A stretch of DNA of 64,000 nt from Paracidovorax wautersii (GCA_009912175.1 WNDQ01000017.1:2402-66401); one strand, 5' to 3'. Counted from the stretch's first letter, positions 42,298-51,651 are shown. A program made the numbers and translations. Notes: generated by a model from the letters alone, not told the origin.

Positions 42298-42696
42298 ATG
42301 AACTATTTCAAAGCCGCCACGCTCGTGGCGTTGTTCGCAGCCGCAGCCGCAGCCGCAGCCGCAACGGCATCGGCGCAGACCTTGACCGCACAGCAAAAGA
42401 ATGCCGTGAGATCCGCCAAGCAGTACCTCAGCTTCTCGGGTTTCTCGCGGGCCGGGCTGATTCAGCAGCTTTCATCGGATGCTGGTGATGGCTACAAGGT
42501 TGCCGACGCCACGGCTGCGGTGGACAGCTTGACGGTCGATTGGAATCAGCAGGCCGTTCGGTCGGCGAAGCAGTACCTCAGTTTCCAGGGGTTCTCGTGC
42601 AAGGGGCTGATCAAGCAACTCTCGGCGAGCGCCGGTGACAAGTACACGGCGAGCGAGGCGACATATGGAGCGAAGCAGGCAGGGGCCTGCGATTAA
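42298..42696 (+). CDS. Ltp-family (host cell surface-exposed lipoprotein domain) protein, two tandem Ltp repeats, signal peptide
   Basis: AVRSAKQYLSFSGFSRAGLIQQLSSDAGDGYKVADATAAVDSL and AVRSAKQYLSFQGFSCKGLIKQLSASAGDKYTASEATYGA. Poly-Ala signal peptide ending ASA-Q. Confidence 0.7.
   Translation: MNYFKAATLVALFAAAAAAAAATASAQTLTAQQKNAVRSAKQYLSFSGFSRAGLIQQLSSDAGDGYKVADATAAVDSLTVDWNQQAVRSAKQYLSFQGFSCKGLIKQLSASAGDKYTASEATYGAKQAGACD
42337..42363 (+). repeat. (GCAGCC)x4+GCA repeat encoding the poly-Ala core of the Ltp signal peptide
   Basis: Four exact hexamers, the same unit as at 6623-6646. Confidence 0.9.
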
Positions 42697-42706
42697 CGCC
42701 GCATTG

Positions 42707-43048
42707 ATGATGCGCCTGCTATGCGTTCTGGCGCTGCTGTTGCCGCTGGCCCTCCACGCGGCCAACACGCCCTGCAGCGGCAGCAAGGGCGGCATCGACA
42801 AGTGCCAGGGCGCGACGTTCATTTGCCGCGATGGGTCGGTGAGTGCAAGCAAGAAGAACTGCCAGGCCTACATTGGCGGCACAGCCGGAGGATCGTCGCG
42901 CGACATGGCGCCGGCGGCGCGGGTGCGGGGCCTATCGGGGGCCGGCGGCAGTGGCTGTTCGTGCCGCGCGGGCGCGTATTGCGTGGGGCCACGGGGTGGG
43001 CACTACTGCTATACGGATTCGGGCGGAAAGAGTTATTTGCGGAAGTAG
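42707..43048 (+). CDS. secreted Cys-rich protein (113 aa)
   Basis: MMRLLCVLALLLPLALHA signal peptide. CSGSKGGIDKCQGATFICRDGSVSASKKNC and CSCRAGAYCVGPRGGHYCYTDSGGKSY modules. Confidence 0.5.
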   Translation: MMRLLCVLALLLPLALHAANTPCSGSKGGIDKCQGATFICRDGSVSASKKNCQAYIGGTAGGSSRDMAPAARVRGLSGAGGSGCSCRAGAYCVGPRGGHYCYTDSGGKSYLRK

Positions 43049-43096
43049 TGGGGTTACAGCAGGCAAGCCCGGCGCAGCTGCTGGCGCGCGGTCTAG

Positions 43097-43133
43097 CCCC
43101 CACCGAGCCTGCGGGCTTTGGGGAGTTGTTTTT
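43097..43133 (+). terminator. probable terminator of the plus-strand cargo operon
   Basis: Imperfect hairpin CCCCACCGAGCC-TGCG-GGCTTTGGGG followed by AGTTGTTTTT. Confidence 0.4.
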
Positions 43134-43316
43134 ACGAGGGGGTCGGGGGGCGGGAGGGCGCGCCAGGGCTGGCGCGGAGGCGGTTTTTCCTGGGGTGTTG
43201 TTGTTACAGGAATTTACGGGAAATTCGCCATTCTGGTGCGTTTCGACCGTGCCCGGCGCGGGCAATTTCCGCAGGGAATATTTTTGGGAATTTTTTGCGG
43301 CGTGGATTTGCGTGAA

Positions 43317-44480
43317 TCAGTCGGAGTCGTCGGTTTCTTCCTGGCCTTCGACGTCGTCTTCCTGCATGGTTTCCAGGGTGATCTGGGTGGTGTAGCCGCC
43401 GGCATCCAGGGTGTGGCGGGCGCTGGTGATGACCCATGCGGTTTCGTCGATCTGGTCTTTGAAGCCGCTGACTTCGGCGGGGCGCTGGCTGAAGAGGTCG
43501 GCGCGGCCGTAGGCCAATGTGATGTCGAAGGCGAAGATTCCGCGCTGGATGCGCAACCATTCGGCGCGGGCGGCGGCCAGGGCGTCTTCGCGGCTGGCGT
43601 AGGTGGTGCGCAGGTCTTTGGCGCGGCCGCTGATGCCGGCGACGACGGCGCTGCGCTGGCCGGTCTTGATGTTGCTGTACCAGGTGCGCACGCCGCTGTA
43701 GGCGTCGCGGTCTTGCCGGCTCCAGCGGTGCTGGTCGCCGTGGGCGCGGGTGATGAGCACGGGGTCGAGGTCCGTGCCCTTGGGTGTGCGCGCGGCGCGG
43801 GCCTGGCTGAAAAGCAGCGTGCCGTTCTTGACGGTGCACAGGCAGTCGTAGGTGTTGGCCAGGCGGCGCAGGAATGATGCGTCGCTTTCGGTGATCTGGT
43901 CGGCGTGCTTGACTTTGCGCTTGCCGACTTCGGCGTCCACGCTGAGCGGCAGGCTGTTGCGCTTGGCGATGCTGGCCAGGATGTCGCCCACGGTGGTTTC
44001 GTGCCAGGACTGGTTGCGCAAGGTGCGCAGGCTGTCGAGCATGTTGGCGGCGCGGGCGCGCACGGTGATGATGTCGGGCGCGCCGCTGTGCTCGACGGCC
44101 TGGATGGTGAAGCTGCCTTTGTCGATGAGGCCGACGGGGAAGCCCACTTCGTCGCTGTCCAGCCGACGGTAGGGGGCCGAGGCAGGGTCGGCACGCCAGC
44201 CGATGGCCACGGTGATGATGCCGCCGGTGTCTGGCAGCGGCACGGCGTGGTTGTGGTCGCTGAGCACCAGCTCGATTTCGTCGGCGTCGTTGGCGCGGTC
44301 ATCGGTGATGGTGAGGCGCACGAAGATGGGCTTGAGTTTGTCGCTGATGTCCTTGCCGTTGACGGTTATTTTCCAGATCGGGCGCAGGTGGGCGGCGACG
44401 CGCTTGTCCTTGGCCGGCGCGGTGGCCTGGACGCTGACTTCGGGCAGCGTGGCTTCGATGGCAGCGACGTCGCCGGCCAT
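43317..44480 (-). CDS. gpD: P2 gpD-type late control/tail protein
   Basis: 387 aa; the ...RPIWKITVNGKDIS...DDRANDADEIELVL...ITESDASFLRRLA... pattern of the phage late control D family. Confidence 0.9.
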   Translation of the reverse strand: MAGDVAAIEATLPEVSVQATAPAKDKRVAAHLRPIWKITVNGKDISDKLKPIFVRLTITDDRANDADEIELVLSDHNHAVPLPDTGGIITVAIGWRADPASAPYRRLDSDEVGFPVGLIDKGSFTIQAVEHSGAPDIITVRARAANMLDSLRTLRNQSWHETTVGDILASIAKRNSLPLSVDAEVGKRKVKHADQITESDASFLRRLANTYDCLCTVKNGTLLFSQARAARTPKGTDLDPVLITRAHGDQHRWSRQDRDAYSGVRTWYSNIKTGQRSAVVAGISGRAKDLRTTYASREDALAAARAEWLRIQRGIFAFDITLAYGRADLFSQRPAEVSGFKDQIDETAWVITSARHTLDAGGYTTQITLETMQEDDVEGQEETDDSD

Positions 44481-44971
44481 CAGAACGGCAGGCCCAGGTT
44501 TTGGCCCAGGTCGGAGATTTGACCGCTGACGTTGTCCATGAGCGAGCCGAGTTCGCCCAGGTTGTCGCCCAGCATGTTGTCGAATGCCTTGATGGCGTCT
44601 TGGTCGACGCGGCGCAGGGTGATGGTGAATTCGATGCGGCGGGCGGCGCCGGTGACGTAGAAGAGCGACTTGGTTTCTTGCAGTTCGGTGATGACGAAGG
44701 CGCCGTAGATGGTGCCGGTGGCTTCGACCAGCATCCAGGCGAAGCCTTGGTCGGCCATGATGCGCAGCAGGTTGAGGGTGACGGGCAGGCCCTTGAACTC
44801 GGGCACGACCACGCCCTGCAGGGTGATGGTGTCTTCGCCAGGTCCGAGGTATTGCACGGCGTCGCGCGCGCCCACCAGGGGCTGGCTGGCGTGTTTCCAG
44901 GTGGTGCGGCGCTGCAGTTCCTGGTAGCTGAGTGTTTCGAGGCTGAAGACGAAGAGGCCGAGGCAGAGCAT
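44480..44971 (-). CDS. gpU: P2 gpU-type tail protein
   Basis: 163 aa; MLCLGLFVFSLETLSYQELQRRTTWKHA...GEDTITLQGVV... typical gpU. Confidence 0.85.
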   Translation of the reverse strand: MLCLGLFVFSLETLSYQELQRRTTWKHASQPLVGARDAVQYLGPGEDTITLQGVVVPEFKGLPVTLNLLRIMADQGFAWMLVEATGTIYGAFVITELQETKSLFYVTGAARRIEFTITLRRVDQDAIKAFDNMLGDNLGELGSLMDNVSGQISDLGQNLGLPF

Positions 44972-44990
44972 GGCGGTGGTCCTGCGCGGG

Positions 44991-47543
44991 TTACCCGTTG
45001 TTGTAGTCGACGAAGGCGCGGGCGGCGCGGGCTTGCTTGTCGCGCTCGCGGCGGTCCAGTTCGGCGCTGATGGCGCGGGCCAGGGCCTGGGTATCGGTGC
45101 CCGGGCCGGCGTTGATCTGGATGGTGACGGTGTCGCCCTGGATGACGATGGGCGCGGCGCGGCCGGCGCCGGCCGATAGCGGCGGCCGGGTGTCGAACGA
45201 AGTGGCCATGGCCGGCATGCCGACGGCGGTGGCGCCGGCCAGGCCGAGCGCCGCGGCGCGCAGCAGCGGCCGGGTGCGGTCGATGCCGATGGCGGCGCCT
45301 TCGCCGACGTTGCGGCCGGCCTCGATGAAGACGCGCGACGGGCTGTGGATGCCGAGCTTGTCCTTGAACCAGCCGATGGCGCCGTCCGCCGCGTTTCCGA
45401 TGGCGTCGCGCACGGCGGCGAGCTTGCTGGTGATGCCGTTGACCAGGCCGGTCATCATGTCGGCGCCGGCCTGGAGCATGCGGGCGGGGAGCGTGAGCAT
45501 GAAGGCGAGGACGCCATTCCACAGATCGGAGAAGAAGCCCTTGATGGGCTGCCAGTATTTGTAGATGAGGAAGGCGGCGGTAGCGATGCCGGTGATGGCG
45601 AGGCCAATGGGCGTGGTGAGCAGCGCGCGGCCAAGCCAGAGCACGGCGGTGCCGGCCATGCGCAACCCGGTTCCCAGTACTGTCAGCAGTGGCGAGAGCG
45701 CGGCCGCCTTGATGCCGAACAAGCCCAGGCCGTAGCGCACGACCGCGAAGGGGCCGAGCAGCGCCGCCAGTGCGATGGTGAGCGCGCCGAATCCAGCGGT
45801 GAGCAGGCCCAGCCACAGCACGCCCTTGCCGATGTACGTGGCCATGACGGGATTCTGCTTGGCGAATTCGGTGATGCGCTGCATGGCGTTGGCTGCGGAA
45901 TCGAGCAGGCCGATATAGGTTGGCAGCAGGGCGGTCCCGGCCTGCTGCATGGCGTCGTGGAAGCGTGAGAGGGTTTCGACTTCGCGGCCGCTGACGATGT
46001 TGCGGGCCTTCTGGTCGAGGGACTGGATACCGTCGGCGCCGGCGTTGAGGCGCGCGTTCTTGCGGATCTGGTCGCGCTGCAAATACATCTGCGCGAACAG
46101 GTTGGATGCCGTTCGATTGCTGAAAATGCTGCCGATGGTGTCGAGGACCTGGTTCTTTTCGGTGATGCCCTTCTTTGCCAATGCTGGCAGCAGCACCTGT
46201 TCCATCCACTCGAATTGGTTCTCGCGGAATAGGTCGCTTCCCTTGAGTGCGCCGGGGTTGAGGTAGGAGACTTGGCCGACCTTGTCGTGCTTGACCTTGC
46301 TGGGGTCTCCGATCAGGCCCAGGGCCTCGATGTTCTTGGCGGCGCGCTTGGTGGTCCGGCCTTGGTAGAGGTTCTGGTAGGCCGACATGGTGGCCGTGCC
46401 GACGCGGTTGCCGCCCATTTCACTGATGAGCGCTTCGAGTTGGTAGTACATGGCTGAGTCGCTGAGGCCCTTGGCCGCGACGCCACCGGTCTTGATGAAG
46501 TTGAGCCATTCTTCCGGCCCGATGCGGCCGCCCGTTGCAGTGATAACGCGCTGGACCATGTCTGCCTGCCCCTTGAACGCGCTTTCGCTGGCCAGGCCGC
46601 CCCGTAGTTCGATGACGCGCAGCATGTCGAGGAACTTGCGTTCGTTGTCCGCGCCTTCGGCCTCGCCGAACATGGCATGGTTGGCGAATTTCATCTTGGC
46701 CAGGGTGGGCATGACCATTTCGGCATGGTGCACGTCGGCGAAGGCGGTGGTTGCGTCCAGCATCAGCCCGAGGTTGTCGTTCATGCTGGTGCCGAAGGTT
46801 TTCATCTGCTTGGCGTAGCGGATGGCGCGGTCGGTGTCTTCCTTGCCCAGGCCCAGGGCGGCAATGCGCTCGGTAACGGTGTCGTAGCTGCGGATCTGGT
46901 GCAACGGCTCATTGACCGCCCGGCGCACGCCGTAGGCCGCGCCCAGGCCACCGGCGCCGGCCACGGCGAGGTGCCCGGCGGTGGCGCGGGTGCGGTCGAG
47001 CCGCTGGCCGAGGTCGGCGCGGCGGGCATTCATGTGGGCCAGGGCTTCGAGGCGGGATTTCTGCTGCGCGATGGCCGCGGTGGTGGCTTGGACTTCGGCC
47101 TTGAGGCGGGACTGATCGGCGGTCAGGTTCTTGATGCCGGTTCCGGTGGCGGCCGCGCGCATCTGCATGAGCTTGGCGCGCTGCTTGTCGTGAGCGGCGG
47201 CGGCTTTGTTGACTTCGGCCGTGAGGCTGGTGAGGTCGCCGCGCAGTTTGCGCGCGGCTTCACTGTGGGGGCCGTAGAGGCGGACGGCCTGGCCGTGTGA
47301 CTGGGTGACGGTGTCGAGGTTGGTGCGCAGCACCTTGAGGGCGTTGGACTGCTGGCCCAGCGCGGCCTGCTGCTTGCGCATGCCGTCGATTTGCCCGAGC
47401 TGCCCGTTGAGCAGCTTGAGGGCGTCGCGCGATTTCTTGAGGCTGTCGGCGGTGGCTTTGGATTGTTTGTCGAGGGGCTTGAGTTCGCCCACGGCCTTGG
47501 CGGCGCCGGCCAGGATGAGTTTTAGGGTGAGCGGCGTGGCCAT
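44991..47543 (-). CDS. gpT: tail tape measure protein (gpT)
   Basis: 850 aa; coiled-coil N-terminus, hydrophobic Gly/Ala-rich central block. Lies between E/E' and U. Confidence 0.85.
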   Translation of the reverse strand: MATPLTLKLILAGAAKAVGELKPLDKQSKATADSLKKSRDALKLLNGQLGQIDGMRKQQAALGQQSNALKVLRTNLDTVTQSHGQAVRLYGPHSEAARKLRGDLTSLTAEVNKAAAAHDKQRAKLMQMRAAATGTGIKNLTADQSRLKAEVQATTAAIAQQKSRLEALAHMNARRADLGQRLDRTRATAGHLAVAGAGGLGAAYGVRRAVNEPLHQIRSYDTVTERIAALGLGKEDTDRAIRYAKQMKTFGTSMNDNLGLMLDATTAFADVHHAEMVMPTLAKMKFANHAMFGEAEGADNERKFLDMLRVIELRGGLASESAFKGQADMVQRVITATGGRIGPEEWLNFIKTGGVAAKGLSDSAMYYQLEALISEMGGNRVGTATMSAYQNLYQGRTTKRAAKNIEALGLIGDPSKVKHDKVGQVSYLNPGALKGSDLFRENQFEWMEQVLLPALAKKGITEKNQVLDTIGSIFSNRTASNLFAQMYLQRDQIRKNARLNAGADGIQSLDQKARNIVSGREVETLSRFHDAMQQAGTALLPTYIGLLDSAANAMQRITEFAKQNPVMATYIGKGVLWLGLLTAGFGALTIALAALLGPFAVVRYGLGLFGIKAAALSPLLTVLGTGLRMAGTAVLWLGRALLTTPIGLAITGIATAAFLIYKYWQPIKGFFSDLWNGVLAFMLTLPARMLQAGADMMTGLVNGITSKLAAVRDAIGNAADGAIGWFKDKLGIHSPSRVFIEAGRNVGEGAAIGIDRTRPLLRAAALGLAGATAVGMPAMATSFDTRPPLSAGAGRAAPIVIQGDTVTIQINAGPGTDTQALARAISAELDRRERDKQARAARAFVDYNNG

Positions 47544-47569
47544 GGCGGGGGCGTTTGGGGTGGCGGGTG

Positions 47570-48054
47570 TCAGTCGTCGTGTTTGCTGGGGGCGTAGCGT
47601 TTGCGGGCGCGTTCGCGCCAGGCCATCAGTTCACCGACGGGCATGGCGGCCATGTCGGCGGGGCGCCAGTGGAAGACCAGGGCGAGGTCGGCCATGGCGT
47701 CTTCTACGCGGTCTGCAAGACCGATTCCCGCACGGCCTTCTTCAGCAAAAAACTGATGATGTGGCCTCCGGCTTCGGAGAGGTCGGCGGGGTCGAGCCGG
47801 GCGCATTCGGGCGGGGTGAGTGTGGGCGTGGTGATGCGCGGCAGGAGTTTGAGGATTTCGTCGGTGTCGGCCTGGTGCAGGCGCTGCAGGGAGAGGCCGC
47901 GCAGTTCGCCGGCGCTGGGCTTGCGCAGGGTGATTTCGGCTATGGTGGTGGTGCCGCGCTGGAGGGGGGTGTCGAGGATGATGGTGTTGTCCGCGGGGGC
48001 CGGGGTGGTGGCTTCTTCGACGGTGGCGGCGGTAGGGGGAGTGGTGGAGGTCAT
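47570..48054 (-). CDS. gpE': gpE+E' tail assembly chaperone made by programmed -1 frameshift
   Basis: The -1 frame after T_TTT_TTG continues FFAEEGRAGIGLADRVEDAMADLALVFHWRPADMAAMPVGELMAWRERARKRYAPSKHDD* with very high GC3. Confidence 0.7.
47704..48054 (-). CDS. gpE: tail assembly chaperone gpE
   Basis: ATG 48054: MTSTTPP...ITLRKPSAGELRGLSL...ADLSEAGGHIISFLLKKAV... The slippery heptamer sits near its 3' end. Confidence 0.75.
   Translation of the reverse strand: MTSTTPPTAATVEEATTPAPADNTIILDTPLQRGTTTIAEITLRKPSAGELRGLSLQRLHQADTDEILKLLPRITTPTLTPPECARLDPADLSEAGGHIISFLLKKAVRESVLQTA
47746..47752 (-). promoter_or_regulatory. TTTTTTG slippery heptamer (-1 programmed ribosomal frameshift site)
   Basis: Plus strand CAAAAAA at 47746-47752. 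Same heptamer and position as the P2 E/E' site. Confidence 0.7.
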
Positions 48055-48119
48055 GCTGTCTGGAATGGGTGAGGTGGTGGATGGCGAGGGGCGGCCGGCG
48101 GCGCCGGCTGGGGTGTGGA

Positions 48120-48629
48120 TCAGACGCCGAGGGCGGCGCGGATGCTGTCGTAGACCTCGGTTCCGTTGACCTTGAAGGACATGCCGGGGACGTCGATTTC
48201 GAGGATGTCGGCGCCGTCGATGGAGAGTTTGTAGTAGGTGAGGTCCCAGGTGGCGTCTTCGTCCTTGTTCTCGCCGGCCTGGGCTTCGCCTGGGTTCCAT
48301 TCGCGCAGGCGACCGCTGATGGCGACTTCGACGGCGCTGACTTCGCCGGTGTCGTCGGCTTGGTAGGCGCCGGCGAAGCGCAGGGAGTTGGCGCCGGCCT
48401 TGGTGGCGCCGAACATTTCGATGAGCTGTTGCTTGAGGCCGCCGAGCTTGGCGGCCAGTTCGAGCTTTTCATGGCCGAGGTCGATTGCGACGGTGCCGTG
48501 CATGCCGCCGGCGCGGTAGTCCTCGACCTTGCGGGTGATGGTGGGCAGGGTGATGCTGGGGACTTCGCCCAGCCAGCTGTTGCCGTCGGCGAAGACGGCG
48601 AAGTTCTTGAGTTTCTTGGGCAGGCCCAT
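48120..48629 (-). CDS. gpFII: tail tube protein gpFII
   Basis: ATG 48629: MGLPKKLKNFAVFADGNSWLGEVPSITLPTITRKVEDYRAGGM... typical major tail tube. Confidence 0.85.
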   Translation of the reverse strand: MGLPKKLKNFAVFADGNSWLGEVPSITLPTITRKVEDYRAGGMHGTVAIDLGHEKLELAAKLGGLKQQLIEMFGATKAGANSLRFAGAYQADDTGEVSAVEVAISGRLREWNPGEAQAGENKDEDATWDLTYYKLSIDGADILEIDVPGMSFKVNGTEVYDSIRAALGV

Positions 48630-48673
48630 GGTGCGGATCTCCTGTTCGTGGTGTGCGTGGCTGGCCTGGCGGA

Positions 48674-49873
48674 TCAGGCGGTTTGAACGGCGGCGGCGAA
48701 GTCGGCCAGGTAGTCGTCGGTGATGGTCTGGTAGAAGCCCAGGTCTTCCAGCGGCGGCACGGGGGTGTAGCGGTAGCTGATGCGCAGGCGGCCGGCGGCC
48801 AGGCTTTCCTTGCTGTTCTTGGTGCTGTCGATGAAGGCTTCGAAGCCGATGAGGTAGCCGCTGTTGACGAGGTCGCGGCCGGCGGCGTTGATGCTGGCCA
48901 GCATGTCCTTGACGAGGCTGGCGGTGATGGGCTTGTCGACGTAGGTGAAGTGGGCTTCGGCCATGGTGTCGGCCAGGACTTGGGCGGTGCGGGTGTAGCT
49001 CTCGAAGTAGAACTGGCCGCCCTGGGCTTCGGTGGTGCGGTTGCCCCAGAAGCGGTAGCCGATGCGCTGGATGATGGTGGTGACTTCGAGCGCGTTGAGG
49101 TAGCCGGCGTCGCTGCTGGGGTTTTGCAGGTCGAAGAAGACGTCGGCGGTGATGCCTTGCGGGCCGTTGACGACGGCGTTGGAGATGGTCTTGTGCCAGC
49201 CGACTTGCTGGTCGAGCTTGGCGCGCAGGCCGAGGGCGTAGGCGACGGCGCTGGAGCGGTCGGCGGTGCTGGTGGTGGTGTTCCAGGCCAGGAAGTCGGG
49301 CCAGATGACCATGAGTTCGCGCTTGCCGAACTTGGCGCGGTAGGTGGTGGCTTCTTCCTTGGTGGTGGCCAGGGCGATGCCGTCGGCCTGGCGGGCGGTG
49401 ATGTAGCCGAAGGCGCGGAGCTTTTCGCAGATGCTGCCCATTTCCACGGCCACGGGCTCGAAGTCGATGCCCGGGGCGCCGATGATGCGGGGCTTGTAGC
49501 CAAGTTGGCCCTCGGCGGCGAGCAGGGCCTGCAGGCCGGTTTTGTGGCCGGTGGCGGTGGTGGTGCCGATGGCGTTGGTGGCGGTTTCGGCATCGGTGGC
49601 GCCGGGCTCGATGCGCACGACGATGACGACGCATTGCGTCTGCTTGCTGATGGCCTGCAGCGCGGCGGCCAGCGTGCCGGTGGCGCCGGCGGTTTCGACG
49701 TAGCTGGACGGGTTGGTGATGAGGGTGGGGGTGTTGACGGGGAAGACGTCGTCATCGGCATCGGGCGCGGTGGCGATCAGGCCGACGATGGCGGTGGAAA
49801 CGGTTCGGATGGTGGCGCCGCCGGATTCGACTTCGAATACGCGGACGCCGTGGTGGAATGCTTCTGCGGCCAT
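48674..49873 (-). CDS. gpFI: contractile tail sheath protein gpFI
   Basis: 399 aa; MAAEAFHHGVRVFEVESGGATIRTVSTAIVGLIATAPDAD... typical sheath N-terminus. Confidence 0.9.
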   Translation of the reverse strand: MAAEAFHHGVRVFEVESGGATIRTVSTAIVGLIATAPDADDDVFPVNTPTLITNPSSYVETAGATGTLAAALQAISKQTQCVVIVVRIEPGATDAETATNAIGTTTATGHKTGLQALLAAEGQLGYKPRIIGAPGIDFEPVAVEMGSICEKLRAFGYITARQADGIALATTKEEATTYRAKFGKRELMVIWPDFLAWNTTTSTADRSSAVAYALGLRAKLDQQVGWHKTISNAVVNGPQGITADVFFDLQNPSSDAGYLNALEVTTIIQRIGYRFWGNRTTEAQGGQFYFESYTRTAQVLADTMAEAHFTYVDKPITASLVKDMLASINAAGRDLVNSGYLIGFEAFIDSTKNSKESLAAGRLRISYRYTPVPPLEDLGFYQTITDDYLADFAAAVQTA

Positions 49874-49876
49874 GGT

Positions 49877-50257
49877 TCAGGACTCCTGATTGCTGTTGGT
49901 GCTGGTTGCGATGAGTGCCGCGACGTCGGGGTTGGTGGCGAGGTAGGCGGCGAGTTTTTGGGCGGGGGTGGGGTCGGTCTGGGCGGTGGGGCGGGCGACG
50001 AGTTGCCAGGCGTGGCCGTCGAAGCGGGGCCATTGGGTGTCGGGCCAGTGGCCGAGCCAGAGGTAGAAGCCGCCGTCGGTTTGCTGGAGGGTGATCCAGT
50101 CGGCGGGCATGGGCTGGCGCACGGCGCCGGCGGGGAGGTGGTAGATGTCCTGGCCGGGCTCGGCGATGGATTCGAGGGCGGGCACGGCGTCGATGAACAT
50201 GCCGGCGGCGTCGAGCTGGTAGGCGGGGATGCGCGATGGGGTGGATGGCGTGGTCAT
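49877..50257 (-). CDS. gpG: tail fiber assembly protein (gpG position)
   Basis: ATG 50257, ATGA-coupled to the H stop; 126 aa; Trp-rich PADWITLQ...WPRFDGHAWQLV. Confidence 0.6.
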   Translation of the reverse strand: MTTPSTPSRIPAYQLDAAGMFIDAVPALESIAEPGQDIYHLPAGAVRQPMPADWITLQQTDGGFYLWLGHWPDTQWPRFDGHAWQLVARPTAQTDPTPAQKLAAYLATNPDVAALIATSTNSNQES

Positions 50258-51651
50258 AGCGCGCGGATGATGGGCACGTAGGCGCGGGTGTTGGGGCGGG
50301 CGTGGGTGCCGCCGCTGCTGGCCGTGGTGAAGCTGTGCGAGTGGCTGCCGGCGCTGTCGGTGTTGAAGCTGGTCATGAAGCGGCTGGATGTAGAGATTTC
50401 TTCGCCGCTTTGGCTGGCGTTGCCCTGTGCATTGGTGCTGCCGCGGCGCACGTTGTGGAAGTGGTCGCCGGCGCTCTCTGTGGTGCCGGTGTGGGTGTGC
50501 GCCTTGTTCTGGCTGTCGAGCGTGGTGCCGACGGCCATGGCGGTGTCTTTGCCGCGGCCCAGGTCGGCGTTGCCGTCGAACAGGGCGCGATCGTCGGGCA
50601 GGTTGAAGGTGTTGAAGCCGTCGCCAGCGCCGTAGGTGGTGCCGAGCACGGCGAAGAGGGCGGCGTAGGCGGTGCGGCTGATGGCGGCGCCGTTGCGGAT
50701 GAGCCAGCCGGTGGGGATGTTGGCGGTGGGCCAGTGCGATGGCATGCCGATGGGGCCGGCGCGGTCGGATTCGGCCTTGCTGTAGACGCCGAGGTTGGTG
50801 CGGGCGGTGGCGGCGTTGTCGAGGTCGGACAGATTCTTGCTGCGGACCAGCGGATCGGGTGCGTTGCCGGTGGGCTCGTTCTGCGCGGCGATGAGTTTGG
50901 TGCCGGCGGGCCAGGCGGCGGCCAGGGTGAGGCGGGTGGAAAGGTCGGGGTCTTTGGTCCACTGGTCGGCACGCAGGCGCACGCCGTCGGCGTACAGGGC
51001 CAGGCCGCGCGTGGTGGTGACGGTGAGGTCGACGATGGTTTGTCCGTCGGCCAAGGTCTGGGCTTCTTCGATGGTGTCGACGGTGACTTCGATGTCATCG
51101 GGGTCACCCCATTCGGTGTCGCCGTCGGCGTTGCTGTGCTTCTTGAGTAGCTGGCCGGTGGTACCGCCGGGGATGATGTTGGCGGCGGTGGCGTAGTTGG
51201 TGACCCAACCGAGCGTTGCGATGGTGACGTTGGGGTCGATCTGCAGGGCGACGGTTTGCGCGTTGCCAGGCTGGAAGACGATGCGCTGGGTGATGTCGCT
51301 GGCCGTGCCTTCGGTGGGCAGCGGCTTGTAGCTGTCGGGCAGGTTGCAGACGGTGTAGAGGTTGCCGTTGCTGTCGATCAGACCGCCTTCGCGGATCCAC
51401 CAGCCGCCGTCGTCAGCTGGCACGACGGCCTCGGCGATGTACTGGGTTTCGTCGTCGGGCGACTGGTAGATGCGGTTGATGGCGCCGCGCCAGCGCTCGC
51501 GCACCAGCTGGGTCATGTCGACGCTGGGGTCGACCGAGTTACCGCCGCCGTCGCCCAGCACCATGCTCACCAGCGTGATGGTGGAGCCGGTGGCCTGCGC
51601 CCGCGCGATTTCGCGCAGGCCGGCGGTGGTGTGGATGCTGGAGAAAGCCAT
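50254..51651 (-). CDS. gpH: tail fiber protein gpH with C-terminal phage tail-collar domain
   Basis: ATG 51651: MAFSSIHTTAGLREIARAQATGSTITLVSMVLGDGGG...WWIREGGLIDSNGNLY...SYKP is a P2 H-type N-domain. C-terminal WPTANIPTGWLIRNGAAISRTAYAALFAVLGTTYGAGDGFNTFNLPD is a collar domain. Confidence 0.85.
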   Translation of the reverse strand: MAFSSIHTTAGLREIARAQATGSTITLVSMVLGDGGGNSVDPSVDMTQLVRERWRGAINRIYQSPDDETQYIAEAVVPADDGGWWIREGGLIDSNGNLYTVCNLPDSYKPLPTEGTASDITQRIVFQPGNAQTVALQIDPNVTIATLGWVTNYATAANIIPGGTTGQLLKKHSNADGDTEWGDPDDIEVTVDTIEEAQTLADGQTIVDLTVTTTRGLALYADGVRLRADQWTKDPDLSTRLTLAAAWPAGTKLIAAQNEPTGNAPDPLVRSKNLSDLDNAATARTNLGVYSKAESDRAGPIGMPSHWPTANIPTGWLIRNGAAISRTAYAALFAVLGTTYGAGDGFNTFNLPDDRALFDGNADLGRGKDTAMAVGTTLDSQNKAHTHTGTTESAGDHFHNVRRGSTNAQGNASQSGEEISTSSRFMTSFNTDSAGSHSHSFTTASSGGTHARPNTRAYVPIIRAL

